Positions 50,701-61,366 are shown, numbered from the stretch's first letter. The stretch: DNA of 64,000 nt from Octopus sinensis (GCF_006345805.1 NC_042998.1:103354001-103418000), one strand, 5' to 3'. A program made the numbers and translations. Notes: generated from the letters alone by a model not told the origin.

Positions 50701-51245
50701 ATTCATGATTATTTTAGAATTTAATTGAATTTCATAAAGGGTGTATTTTGGCTAGAAATACTGTAATGAAAGGATTCAGAGGTCCCATCAAGCCAAGTGC
50801 ACCTGTGCTGGTGGCATGTAAAAACTCAACCTTTGAACGCTGGGCCTCACGGAGGCAAAGTGACTGAGTTCCTTTCAAGCGTTGGACCTCATGGAGGCAT
50901 AGTGGCTGAGTTCCTTTCAAGCCAAAGTGGATGGGTCTCCATTTGCCAAATAATTCCTCTTACAAGACATAAATTTTTCAAATTGAGATTAATGTAGAAG
51001 ACATTTGTGCTAAGAGCCGTGCAATCTAATCAAGCTTTCAGTCATATAGTTGGAAAGCAGGACTTTTTAAACAATTATCAATGTTTTTTTTTTTTTTGTT
51101 TTGTTTTGTTTTTTTTACCAGATATTTGTTTCTTATTTCAGATGAATCCAAGATGCTTCCAAATTCAATGAAAGATACTCCCCACAAACTTCTTCAACGG
51201 ATTCCAGTAAGCAATGAAACTCGCCAGCAACAAGATATGGAATAA
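26503..51245 (+). CDS. DSN1: Kinetochore-associated protein DSN1 homolog (MIS12 complex); spliced model 26503-26604, 31645-31718, 32189-32252, 37599-37674, 37888-37956, 39318-39386, 44840-44984, 46370-46463, 51142-51245
   Basis: Nine GT-AG exons with concordant phases (1,0,1,2,2,2,0,1) give one open 264-aa frame. Recalled DSN1 hallmarks: basic KKKARRSSF (Aurora B-type site), head segment ITCDIKGSLSTDLQLSELTKKCMK, coiled-coil DQW, C-terminal DTPHKLLQRI like the PxxLL Spc24/25-binding motif. No database search run. Confidence 0.72.
27547..27936 (+). mobile_element. SINE family A, full length (intronic)
   Basis: tRNA-like head, CORE-like ACCTTGGGCAAATG, internal (TA)/(TG), tail ..GACTGAAACAAGTAAAAG. 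Confidence 0.9.
28230..29640 (+). mobile_element. RTE-clade LINE, 5'-truncated RT C-half plus 3' UTR, degenerate
   Basis: VGVHQ, WELLYADD (YADD 28353-28364), KGLRVNLVKTKV, SF-YL, KGRLY, GRGRPRKTW. Confidence 0.88.
31645..31718 (+). CDS. DSN1: DSN1-like exon
   Basis: ttccaattttag|AC..AAG|gtatgt; ITCDIKGSLSTDLQLSELTKKCMK. Confidence 0.8.
32189..32252 (+). CDS. DSN1: DSN1-like exon
   Basis: ttgttctttcag|CAT..GAAG|gtaatt; HAFNILANEIPTLENTNICDE. Confidence 0.8.
32490..32982 (+). mobile_element. RTE LINE 3' UTR with about 5 tandem ~62-bp units
   Basis: Same terminal motif and (GAT)n tail as 25845-26433. Confidence 0.75.
33088..33586 (-). mobile_element. R4/Dong-clade LINE fragment (RLE domain), diverged subfamily
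   Basis: KILWDFDFQTD..RRPDIV..IIDVEV..KYGDLRIEI..IVIGALG; 5' end at (TAA)n 33590-33615. Confidence 0.8.
33617..33970 (-). mobile_element. R4/Dong-clade LINE 3' fragment, third subfamily
   Basis: KYDMLAWEVKQLW..VVSIIVGALG..LQKTALLGTARI; (TAA)n at both ends. Confidence 0.8.
36350..37420. mobile_element. Penelope-like structure: tandem ~135-bp direct repeats plus an inverted partial copy
   Basis: 36486-36620 is nearly identical to 37212-37345; 36428-36478 is a reverse-complement copy of 36570-36620. Confidence 0.6.
37599..37674 (+). CDS. DSN1: DSN1-like exon
   Basis: ttcacatttttag|TT..GCG|gtatga; EAALLKKINAMTEENVFHNLYHKE. Confidence 0.8.
37888..37956 (+). CDS. DSN1: DSN1-like exon
   Basis: tttatttcag|C..GT|gtaagt; the only open frame is phase 2: CSLNPLSKQIDSTNNQYKSCIT. 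Confidence 0.65.
38727..39116 (+). mobile_element. SINE family A, full length
   Basis: Matches 27547-27936. Confidence 0.88.
39318..39386 (+). CDS. DSN1: DSN1-like exon (acceptor ambiguous)
   Basis: ctaactttgcctttggtag|G GAT CAA TGG..AAG AA|gtagtg; DQWQKHTSLHCEETLQEMKMSK; donor weak but phase matches the next exon. Confidence 0.65.
40284..40502. mobile_element. piggyBac-type MITE
   Basis: TTAA|CCCTTTCGTTACT..AGTAACAAAAGGG|TTAA. Confidence 0.88.
41470..42465. mobile_element. Two RTE 3'-end fragments in opposite orientation (about 41470-41930 minus; 42090-42465 plus)
   Basis: Shared terminal motif and (GAT)n/(ATC)n tails. Confidence 0.7.
42673..42857. mobile_element. hAT (Charlie/Buster-type) MITE
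   Basis: 15-bp TIR CAGTGCTCTGCAACC/GGTTTCAGAGCACTG; perfect 8-bp TSD GTTTAGGG at 42665-42672 and 42858-42865 with central TA. Confidence 0.92.
43491..44338 (+). mobile_element. Internally deleted DD37D (maT-type) Tc1/mariner element
   Basis: QQDSAPCHT..PPNFPDCNPLDY has 37 residues between the Ds; ends CACTGCACCCTG|TA; degenerate 5' TIR after TA at 43489-43490. Confidence 0.8.
44840..44984 (+). CDS. DSN1: DSN1-like exon
   Basis: tttttcaatcag|A..AGT|gtaagt; RDVIKLKNYKDLPEAVLETSENYLPAVEFEPKKIQETINQSLKSADIS. Confidence 0.82.
45333..45854. mobile_element. Tc2/pogo-like (Kanga-type ends) MITE
   Basis: TA|CCGTAAATCCTCGAGTATAATCC..GGACTATACTCGAGGATTTACAG|TA; 23-bp TIR with 2 mismatches. Confidence 0.88.
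46051..46269. mobile_element. piggyBac-type MITE, second family (partial copy about 29945-30145)
   Basis: TTAA|CCCTTTGTCATT..AATGCTAAAAGG|TTAA. Confidence 0.75.
46370..46463 (+). CDS. DSN1: DSN1-like exon
   Basis: ccctcttttcag|GTG..AAAA|gttagt; VIYLQIASSILQESAKSVHSQAEALQLLYAK. Confidence 0.8.
47340..47930 (+). mobile_element. HERO-clade LINE 3' fragment, second subfamily
   Basis: TDW*LQVNRDRQLKF..PYMIITS and CQQIGWK..GFRGSVGHSLSK..SEAAE, followed by 3' UTR. Confidence 0.75.
48195..48615 (+). mobile_element. RTE LINE fragment (same family as 28230-29640)
   Basis: GLSLRVK..HGSEIWA..ASMLRWMC..WYGH..GRGRPRKTWDEVV. Confidence 0.82.
48632..50774 (+). mobile_element. Older non-autonomous piggyBac copy, interrupted at TTAA 49246-49249
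   Basis: Degenerate ends GTAA|CCCTTTCAATGC and GTAATGAAAGGA|TTCA; 48632-49245 plus 50687-50774 are colinear with the inner copy. Confidence 0.75.
49250..50682 (+). mobile_element. Younger piggyBac deletion derivative with transposase remnant
   Basis: Perfect 12-bp TIR CCCTTTCGTTAC/GTAACGAAAGGG, TTAA TSD on both sides; GIKVWKICEANTGYCCGFSFYTGK..GLGNDVV..FDRF at about 50040-50215. Confidence 0.9.
51142..51245 (+). CDS. DSN1: DSN1-like terminal coding exon
   Basis: ttcttatttcag|AT GAA..GAA TAA; ESKMLPNSMKDTPHKLLQRIPVSNETRQQQDME*. Confidence 0.82.
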
Positions 51246-51860
51246 TCATAATACACAGCTGAACGCACCAATTATCGCTGCTATGATAATTGGTGCTTTC
51301 AGCTGCTTCTCACTCTTTTCAGAAATATTAACAGTTCAGATGAGATGTAGAATTGCTTTCTTTCACTTTTTATTTCTTATTCTGTTTTAATTGTTTTCTT
51401 ATTACTTCTCTCAAAGTAATTATGTATTGCATTTAAATTATTTGTAATTTAATTTATTTTTCTTTGCCATTGGGATTATAATAGGCTACATCACCAGTAA
51501 TTAATTATAAAAGTAAACATTTTGGTGCTCTCTAAACAGAGAAAGAAAATTAATGTTTTGAATTGTCATTTGATCAGAGAAGACTCATTCTTTGGCAGAT
51601 ATTCTTGCCTAAAATACTTGGAGATTTTTTGCATCTCCTCATGCTATATCAACATACTTTTATTTGTTTGTTTTTTCTTTTATAAAATTGACACTTGATG
51701 ATGTTATGAACCATTGCTAATCTTTACTCATTTTTGAGTTAAAATTACTGAAAGGTAAAGTGTTTAATCTTGTGGATAGTTTGACCTCAAAAATTACATT
51801 GGGCTAATATACTTGTGTTTCATGTTTTGTATCAAATTTACAGTTGATTGTGGAAATGTG

Positions 51861-52322
51861 TGGCTTAGTGGTTAGGGTGTTGGACTCATAATCGTAATAT
51901 TGTGGTTTCAATTCCTTGACTAGGCAACACATTGTGTTTGTGAGCAAAACATTTCATTTCATGTTGCTCCAGTCCACTCAGCTGGCAAAAATGAGTAATC
52001 CTACAGCAGACTGGCAGCCTGTTCAGGTGCGGAATATATATATCACAGAAACTGGGAAATTGGCCGTCTACATGATTCAGGAAGGATCTTTATCCTTTTA
52101 CACCTGATTAAAGTGGCAAGCTGGCAGAATCATTAGCATGGTGGACAAAATATTTAGTGACATTTCTTCTGGCTTTATGTTCTCAGTTCAAATTCCACCA
52201 AGGTCTGCTTTGCTTTTCTGCCATTCAGAGTTGATAAAATAAGTACTAAATGAGCAATGGGGTAGATGTAATCGACTAGCCTGTCCCTCCAAGATTTCAG
52301 ATCTTGTGCCCATGATAGAAAA
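51861..52322 (+). mobile_element. tRNA-headed SINE fragment (family D, about 51861-52040) followed by a family B SINE
   Basis: TGGCTTAGTGGTTAGG..GTTTCAATTCC; body TTCATGTTGCTCCAGT also occurs near 53530. Confidence 0.65.
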
Positions 52323-53229
52323 GAAATTTACATCTGATTGATTTATGAATGGTTTATGTTGTAGTGAAAATTACAGGCTGATGTATCTTAGCTAAGTTGC
52401 TACCAAGACTTACTTTCCTCTCTATATCTTGAAAAACATTTCAATTACGAACTGCTATAAATTTGTAGAAAGTTTTCAAATCTGCCTTACAATATGATAT
52501 CTGCATTATACATACTTAAAAAGAAAGCCATCTTCCTGTTCAGCAATTTTTCAATTTCAACACGCTTTTGACACTTCTAGTATTTTCTATTTTGCTTTAA
52601 TTTCTATTTATGTTATCCTAATGCATTTAAGTTTACTTTATACAGTTTTTGCTACTCTTATTACCAAACAACATTGTGTTTCTATCTAATCAGAACTTTG
52701 CTTAACCCTCTAGAACTTCCTTTGCCCTTGCTGTTTTTCCATCCAACAGCTAACTGGCAACAAGTGAAATTACATGTCACCTACACCAACCATATTTCGT
52801 TATCCTTGTTTCTCATTCTATAGTATCTGTCCTGCTTTCTCAGACTAACTATAGAAATGTAAAAACAGTGTAATAATGCTACCATATTCTACAACTAGAA
52901 ATGGAATTTGTATAACATTCAACATGTTTTATATATATGTATATGTCAAAGTAAAGAAAAGATTTATCAAAATTATATTCATATTTCAGCTTTTATAATT
53001 GTAAATTTCTATTAAAAAAAAAACGTAAACCAAATGGTTTGATTGAAACAGAATTTTTAAAACGTCATCTTGGAAATATTTTGTATGTCACATTACTTTG
53101 TTAACTGAAGTAAACTTGTTTACAGTCTGATTTAATGTATATTTGCAATGAGTTATGTCTATTTTACATTTGGACTAATAAATCAACCATAAAATTTTGA
53201 ATATACACATGTGTGTGTGTGTATGTATA

Positions 53230-54010
53230 TATCATCATCATCATTGTTTAACGTCCGCTTTCCATGCTAGCATGGGTTGGACGGTTCAACTGGGGTCTGG
53301 GAAGCCCGAAGGCTGCACCAGGCCAGTCAGATCTGGCAGTGTTTCTACAGCTGGATGCCCTTCCTAACGCCAACCACTCCGTGAGTGTAGTGGGTGCTTT
53401 TTATGTGCCACCGACAAAGGTGCCAGATGAGGCTGGCGAACGGCCACGCTCGGATGGTGTTTTTTATGTGCCACGGACACAGGTGCCAGACGAGGCTGCA
53501 TGTTGTGTTCTTGAGCAAGACACTTTATTTCATGTTGCTCCAGTTCACTCAGCAGTAGAAATGAGTTGCAACATCACAGGTGCCAAGCTGCATCGGCCTT
53601 TGCTTTCCCTTGGATGACACTGGTGACATGGAAAGGGGAGCCCAGTATGCATGGGTGACTGCTGGTCTTCCATAAACAACTTTGCCAAGACTTGTGCCTG
53701 GGAGGGTAACTTTCTAGGTGCAATCCCATGGTCAGTCATGACCGAATGGGGCCTCAGCATATATATATATTTATATATCATCATCGATTAATGTCCGTTT
53801 TCCATGCTGTTTGACTGGGGTCTGTAGAGCCAGCTGCTGCACCAGGTTCCAGTCTGGTCTGGCAGAGTTTCTATAGCTGGGTGCCATTCCTAACGCCAAC
53901 CACTCAGGAGCCAGTAAGGTGAGCCAGGCAACGATCACATTCAGACAGTGCTTTTTATGTGCAACCGGCACAGGAACCAGTGCAGAGGTACTGGCATTGT
54001 TCATGATTGG
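53230..54010. mobile_element. RTE 3' ends (minus) with an intervening family D SINE body (about 53500-53758)
   Basis: (ATC)n plus GGATGCCCTTCCTAACGCCAACC motifs. Confidence 0.7.
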
Positions 54011-54378
54011 TTGGTGCTTTATTTATATATATATAAATAGTATTCTAGAGAATTTTTTTCACTCAGGAGCATAAAGAAAAGAAACTGAAAATGCACTTGA
54101 AGTCTTTAAAACAAAATATATTTACTCATACTTTACTGGTTTCACTATTTCATGATATCCAAAAGTTGTGAGAATATCCTGAAGCTATGCCATATTTGTC
54201 TCAACTCTAATTTTTAGTGAATGTTTAACACAAAAATTCTTATGGCAGGTCTTCGTGTCGTGTCGGTGTTACTTGTCAAGATAAACCAAATATTGAAATA
54301 TATCTGATGTTACACTTGATTAAGTAAATGTAAATAAATTTCTTGAAAGACTTTAAGTGCATTTTCAATCTCTCTCTA

Positions 54379-54422
<44 letters not shown>

Positions 54423-54903
54423 GCTACAGTGACATTTTAACAAAGAAAGAAAGTGGTAAGATGAAATAAGCATATTGTGAGATTGGTCATAGTATAATTC
54501 AACATTTGCATTATTTTCATTGTTTGCTACAAGGAGCAATTATCAAACGTGACAGCTTGATTGATACAACAACAGATTGAATGTTCTCTTTAAAGAATTG
54601 TGTGTATATGGTAGGCTAATAACTGTATTTGATGTATTATCACACACTGTAAGTATAATAGTGGAGATGGTGATGATGGCAGCATAGAAAAACCTTGATT
54701 CTCCAAACTGAACATGAAAGAGAAAAAGGTCTGACTGGGTATTACATAAAACTAGACATCTCTGTTAGAGAGAGAGAAGGCTGAGAGATCTTCTTATACA
54801 ACATAGAACAGTCATAAGTGTCTGATTGCAACTAACAGAATTTCTCATCAGAGTTAAATTCAGAGTTTATACATCCTCTCAAAAAACATTGTAGAAAGTT
54901 CTC

Positions 54904-55092
54904 TCAGAATTTTGCCGCAAAAGCTAAAAGAGTCCCTTGATTTCGATTGAATCCAGTATCAAATGTGATTGGTTGCAATATAAATCTGCAGGTGTGTTTG
55001 TCAATTGCATGAGAGTTCTGCTGTTTGCTGTACCAAAAATTACTAAATATGGTAATATTATTGAAATGCGGATACAGTCCAAGACGGAGATG
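54904..55092 (-). CDS. Possible terminal exon of an unidentified minus-strand gene
   Basis: atctcacag| phase 0: HLRLGLYPHFNNITIFSNFWYSKQQNSHAIDKHTCRFILQPITFDTGFNRNQGTLLAFAAKF*; non-repetitive, not recognised. Confidence 0.3.
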   Translation of the reverse strand, partial: HLRLGLYPHFNNITIFSNFWYSKQQNSHAIDKHTCRFILQPITFDTGFNRNQGTLLAFAAKF

Positions 55093-55446
55093 CTGTGAGA
55101 TTGAATCCATAATAAGATTTTACATGATAGAAGAGTCATGATAGACATTTAAAACACATTTATGTGCTGTTCAATTCACTTTCTGTTGGTTTGTGATCCA
55201 CATATAATAATTAACTAACTTGTGTATTTGATCGCTGACTCAACAATATTTTATTGCAGCAGGAGGTGGTCAAACAGCATTCACAGTGGGGAGTATGAGT
55301 GACAATAGAAGACATTTTACTTTCAGTGTAGTTCTAATACAGTATATCTTTAATAATAAAAAAATAAAGTATTTAATATTGACTTTCATATATATGTATG
55401 CATGTATACATATATGTGTGTGTGCGTGTGTACATACATATATACA

Positions 55447-55950
55447 TATGAGGGTCAGCTGAAAAGTTCATAGGCTGGCCAAGATATTCTGGAATGTGAC
55501 CAAATGAGATTATTTTTCAATATAGTCCCCCTTTGCGAGTCAAGGTCAACTTTATAGTAGTGTTTATAGCCATATCAAGCTATCAAGGCTAACGAGTACA
55601 GCCTACCTGGAGCACTGGTTATTTGGAGGTGCCAGACACTCGCCTTTTCCCAAATTTCTCTTGTTGGCTTTGCGAAGGAGTCGGGCTTGCCCACTGTGAC
55701 TACACTGGTTTTGAAATTAGAGTATTCTTTCTCCTAGACAGACTGCCAACCAGGGCTCACGCGTTCTGTCCACCCGTTTTCGGAATGGCCATTGATTCTT
55801 TTAAGTTCCTTTGCCAGGTTTTGCTTTAATCCCGCAGGGCGTCGAAAATCCATTCCCTCACCAAGCAATCTTAGTGGTGTTGTCGGTTTAGTCGCTGACG
55901 ACTCGACGGTTTTACAACGCCACATGTTAATCATTCTGGGTAATTATTGT
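55447..55950. mobile_element. Mariner-like terminal fragment (about 55447-55540) plus RTE-like 5' UTR fragment (minus, about 55570-55950)
   Basis: TGAGGGTCAGCTGAAAAGTTCATAGGCT end motif; minus CTAGGAGAAAGAATACTCTAATTTCAAAACC motif. Confidence 0.45.
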
Positions 55951-56317
55951 TCACTATTATAATTTCCGTATTGCTCCTGTAATCCCCATCCTGTTATTTA
56001 CTTCTTCACTGCTACGGTTTCACAATTATTACTATAATTATATTATTACTATAAGGCCGAGTGATCCTAATATTGTCTCCCCTGATTTCTTTAGACAACA
56101 AATGATACCAGATTCACGACTGTTGTTTTATTATTATTATATTATTATTATTATTGTTGTTATTATTGTTATTATTATTATCATTATATATTAAAGTCAA
56201 TGTTACAATTATTATCATTAATATTGTTGTAATTATTAATTTTATTACTATTATATTGTTAATTGTTGATTAACATTGTTGAATACTACAATTGTTATTG
56301 TACAATCTTATTATTAC

Positions 56318-56760
56318 TATTCAGTAGTTTTATTTTTATAGTGTGCTTTCACTTCACTACCGAGCTCTGTGTGCCTTGGATATATGTGCTGTGATTTGTT
56401 GTGATGCTCTGATGGTTATTGTATGGAAAGTGTTCTGCGTAGGATGTATGCAGTGCCTAGTAGTGTAATTTTCTGTATGTTATATATGTTTGTAAGTCCT
56501 GGTGTTTTTGTTATGTATTTGTCTGAATATTTTTTTATCATGCCTAATGCACCTACTATGATAGGAATTGTTTCTGTTTTTAGATTCCACATTCTGGTTA
56601 CCTCTATTTCCAGGTCTTTGTATTTTGAAAGTTTCTCCATTTCTTTTAGAGACACGTTGTCATCTGCTGGTATTGATACATCAATTAGAAAGCATTTTTT
56701 TTTCTTCATGATCTCTGACAACTACATCTGGTCTGTTGGCCTTAATTTCTCTATCTGTGT
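56318..56760 (-). mobile_element. 5'-truncated R4/Dong LINE, near-identical to 1-1135
   Basis: ORF 56416-56721 KKCFLIDVSIP..LRRTLSIQ*; same 3' UTR; TAA repeats at both ends. Confidence 0.9.
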
Positions 56761-58141
56761 TGTTATTATTATTATTATTATTACAAGCAACAATGGTATT
56801 ATAGTAAATATTAAATATTGGAAATACATTTTATATACTGATTTCAAATTTTGGCACAAGGCCAGCAAATTCATGAGAAGGGTTAAAGTCAATTACATCG
56901 ACCCCAGTACCCAACTGGTACTTTTTTTATCGACCTCGAAATGACGAAAGACAAAGTCGACCTCGGCGGAATTTGAACTCAGAACGCAAACACGGACGAA
57001 ATGCCGCTAAGAACACAGAAGAAAAAAGATAAAGAGAAGACAAAGAATATAAACAAGATGAAGAGGAAATTTTAAAAAAGAAAAATGAGAAGACAGAAAG
57101 AAAGAAAGGAAGAAATAAGAAAAATAGAAAAGAAATGAGAAAATAAAGGAAAATAAAAAGGAAGAAGAAAGAAGAGAAAACGAAGGAAAAAAAGAAGTTT
57201 GAAAATCGTAAAAAGACAAAAAATAAGGCAGAAAATAAAAGAAAACAAAGCGAAGGAATATAAGGAAGAAAATTAAAAATAAAGACAAAGAGAGAAAGTA
57301 GTAGAAGAAGATATAAAGAGAAGGTAGAAGAAGAAGCAGATAAAAAAAGAAGGTAGGAAAAGAAGAAGCTGAAAAAAAAAGTAGAAGTAGATATAAAAAG
57401 AAGGTAGAAGAAAATTTGCTAAGTCTTCAAAGTGGGTCGTATCTTACATCCTGACTTTTATATCTCGTCAACCAGGTGACAGCGTACAAAGCTAATTGTT
57501 TCTCTCGGCACTCCATCTTATAGAGTATATAATAACAAAGAAGATAAAGAAAGTACTTCTAGCCGCTTAACATACTTTCACCGCTCTTTCACTGTTTCCT
57601 CATATCCCTTCTCTTTTCCTTGTCTTTCTTCACTTTCACAACGACATTTCTCCTTCTTTCTTACCCCCTCTCCCCCCTCTCTCTCTCGCTCCCCCTTTCT
57701 CTGTTTCTCTCTCAAATGCATACATACACACAAATGTAAGCATTAATTCAAAGTAGTATTTTACTTGTTTCAGCTGCGGCCATGCTGGTACACTGCCTTG
57801 AAGGGTTTTAGTCGATCCCAGGACTTTTTTTATTTTTTATAAAATCTGGTCCTCATTCTATCGGTCTCGCTGAACTGCTAAGTGACGGAGGCATAAACAC
57901 ACCAACGTTAGTTGCCAAGCAGTGGTGGGGAACAAAAAGGTTAAAACAAATGAACAAAATACAAAAATCCAATTAATTAACATTATCATTGTAGTAAGGG
58001 GGAGCATACATATGCTCATTGACGAATGTTAACTGAATATGGTCAAAGACTGATTCGACCACTTCAAAATTTTAATTAAAATTCAAATTTTGCGTGCTTT
58101 TAGGGGAAAAAAATTACTGACTAATATAAATTTATTTTGAC

Positions 58142-59765
58142 GGATCTATTCAGTTTGGCTCACAGATTTTTAAGTTAAATTTTTTAAAACTAACCAGTTT
58201 GAAACTTCGTATACGGGTGTAATTTCTCACGCAGAACACGGTTTACTCTGAACATTTTGGACAAAATTTCGTATTTTAGAAGTTATTTCGTTTTAAAGTT
58301 GTCGTATTTGGATAATTTTAACCAATCAACGACGTGTATTCAGTTGAAGAAAGCTACTGCAGTTTGCGATAGTAATCGAAGAGGAACAACTTCCAGGTCA
58401 TCTCTACTAAATATTACCACTCTGTTCTATTCGTATGTTATCCTTTCTCCCTTCCTAGTCAGCACCGTGCATTCCTTACTCTTTTCCTCTCTACTAGCAG
58501 ACAGCCACTTCTACACTATCCAGCGAGCGAACTTGTCACTGCCACTACAATTACCGTATTTTCCGGTGTATAAGCCGCTATTTTCTACATGGACAATTTA
58601 GTGTGCGGCTTATAGAAAGGTGTGCTTAATATGTGTACTTTTTTATTAGTTTCAGGAGTAAAAAAAAATTGTGTATTGAGATCGACTGATTCCACTGGAT
58701 TTTTTTCAGAGGAAAGGCCGGTTGGTGAACAACATGAAAGACTACGGCTACAGTACATTGGTGCTTGGAAGAAAACAAAGCATACTCTTTTACTTGTTTC
58801 AGTCATTTGACTGCGGCCATGCTAGAGCACCGCCTTTATTCGAGCAAATCGACTCCGGGACTTATTCTTTGTAAGCCCAGTACTTGTTCTATCGGTCTCT
58901 TTTGCCGAACCGCTAAGTGACGGGGACGTAAACACACCAGCATCGGTTGTCAAGCAATGCTAGGGAGACAAACACACACACATACATATATATATTTACA
59001 TATATACGACAGGCTTCTTTCAGTTTCCGTCTACCAAATTCACTCACAATGCATTGGTCGGCCCGGGGCTATTTGTTTTGTTTTACCTTTATGTTTTGAT
59101 AATATTATTTTTAATCTAATAAAGACTTTTATATTGACAAAATGTGTTTGCAGTTGATTATAGTAGGATAAAATCATAACAATAACAATACATCTCATAG
59201 TTGTAAAATAAGGCATTTTGAAACTACATACACGTCAACAACAAAAAAAAGCTAGCTGCGGACCCGTAGCTTTATAGGTGCGCTCTGTGTGGATAAAACC
59301 AAAATTTTCCTCAAAATTCGGCCCTGCGGCTTAACCACCGATGCTGAGTAGACGAATAAATATATGTAAATAATAATTCTTCCTTCTTGGTGTTGATCCT
59401 TCGATGTTTACTGGTTACTCCGACACAAAAACCACAAAAAAAAGCGAGTAATATGCAACACAAGTAGTAGACAAAAAATAAAATAGAGTGGTGACATTTC
59501 GTAGAGATGACCCGGAAGTTGTTCCTCTTCGATTACTATCGCAAACAGCTGTAGCTTTCTTCAACCAAATACACGTCGTTGATCGGTTAAAATTATCCCA
59601 ATACGACAACTTTAAAACGAAATAACTTCTAAAATACGAAATTTTATCCAAAATGTTCAGAGTAAACCGTGTTCTGCGTGAGAAATTACACCCGTATACG
59701 AAGTTTCAAACTGGTTAGTTAAAAAAATAATTTTTAAAAATCTGTGAATGAAATTGAACAGATCC
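58142..59765. mobile_element. Non-autonomous DNA transposon with ~289-bp TIRs and 8-bp TSD (Merlin- or MULE-like)
   Basis: 58142-58430 is inverted to 59478-59765, both starting GGATCT; exact TSD ATTTTGAC at 58134-58141 and 59766-59773; contains a SINE A (about 58780-59070) and a Tc2-like MITE end (about 58555-58640). Confidence 0.88.
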
Positions 59766-59789
59766 ATTTTGACTTTTGATGGGTAACAT

Positions 59790-60060
59790 AGAGGGAGACC
59801 ATGGCATGTTTCGGTGTTATTAAACTTCTACAGTGTAGCATAATCTTCTCCAGTGCTTGTCGGATTTAGGGATAAAGGATCAATACAGAGATGTACGACT
59901 CACTGTTTATGGCTTTCTTTGAGCTCACCAAAGCATTTCGAATCTGTAAATCGTAAAACTATGAAAAGTGCTAGCAAAATTTGACCACCATCAAAACTTC
60001 ATAACAATCAAGCGATTCTTTTACGAGAAGATTGAAGTCAAAGTGCAGTGTCAGTCTTTC
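59790..60060 (+). mobile_element. Degenerate RTE/BovB-type RT fragment
   Basis: LFMAFFELTKAF-ESVNR..KVLAKF with frameshifts. Confidence 0.55.
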
Positions 60061-60653
60061 ACAACAGATTAATTTGAAGCGAAAACTGGAGTGAGACAGG
60101 GATGCGTAATTATTTTTAAAATCATTCACATTTTCCTTTCAGCTATGATCGAGTTCACTCTGAACTCCTGACATTAAAGTCTCTTACGGTAACATATTCA
60201 CCATTAGCATATTCTGTACCAAAGCAGACACTGTGACTACATCGATAATTGGACTTATATTGCGTAAACGCTGCTGCTGTTAGTACAACTTTGACAGCAA
60301 AAACTACAGACAGTAGGCGGAAACCGAAAGAAATTAAAGTTGTGGCCGATGCTAGTACCGCCTGACTGGCTCCCCATGCCCGTGGCACGTAAAAAGCCTG
60401 GTGCAGCCTCTTGGCTTGCCAGTCCCCAGTCAAACCGACCAACCCATGCCAGCATGGAGAAAAACGGACGTTAAATTATGATGATGATGATGATATATAT
60501 ATATATATATATTGGCCTGCTCGCCTAGCCAGCGGGGTGGCGTCATTCGAAGGCTAAAACAATGCAAAGCGCATTGTGACCAGCGATGTGTAGCAACATC
60601 TGATTACCTGGTCGGTCACGGTGATCACGGTGGTATATATATATATATATATA

Positions 60654-60816
60654 GGTAAAGGCGTGACTGCGTGGTAAGAAGCTTGCTTAACAACCACATG
60701 GTTGAAGGCTCAGTCCTACTGCGTGGCACCGTGGGCATGTGTCTTCTACGATAGCCTCGGGCCGACCACAGCTTTGTGAGTGGATTTGGCAGACAGAAAC
60801 TGAAAGAAGCCCGTCG

Positions 60817-60859
<43 letters not shown>

Positions 60860-61046
60860 CTGCGTTTGTTACCCCACCATCGCTTGACAACCGATATTGG
60901 TGTGTTTACGTCCCCGTAACTTAACGGTTCGGCAAAATAGTCCGATAGAATAAGTACTAGACTTACATAGAATAAGTCCTGGAGTCGATTTGTTCGACTA
61001 AAGGCGGTGCTCCAGCATGGCCGCAGTCAAATGACTGAGACAAGTA
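60654..61046 (+). mobile_element. SINE family A, full length
   Basis: Matches family A. Confidence 0.88.
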
Positions 61047-61366
61047 AAAAAAATAAAAGAATAAAACGTTTCGCCATCTACATTTTTTTTTCTACTCATT
61101 AACTTTTGTACTAATAATATATAACTCTTTTTATTGCCGTACTTGGTTATTTTTATCCACTGTTTAAAGTGACAGTTTCGAAAAACGAAGTTTCCAGGTG
61201 AGAAAGAGACCAGTAAACAGACACTTTACTAACACAGTTTGTACATAGAACAGTTAAAATATGCCAACCTTTTCTAAAGCTCAACACATAATTCGTGTCA
61301 TCTAAATTTCATCAAAAATTCAAATAAAAAAAAAATAAAAAATATGATATCATACATATGTACATA

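Noticed and set aside
60143-60188. Plus-strand exon-like segment YDRVHSELLTLKSLT
   Set aside because: The opposite strand reads VTVRDFNVRSSE, like an APE endonuclease remnant beside an RTE RT fragment; cannot be assigned.
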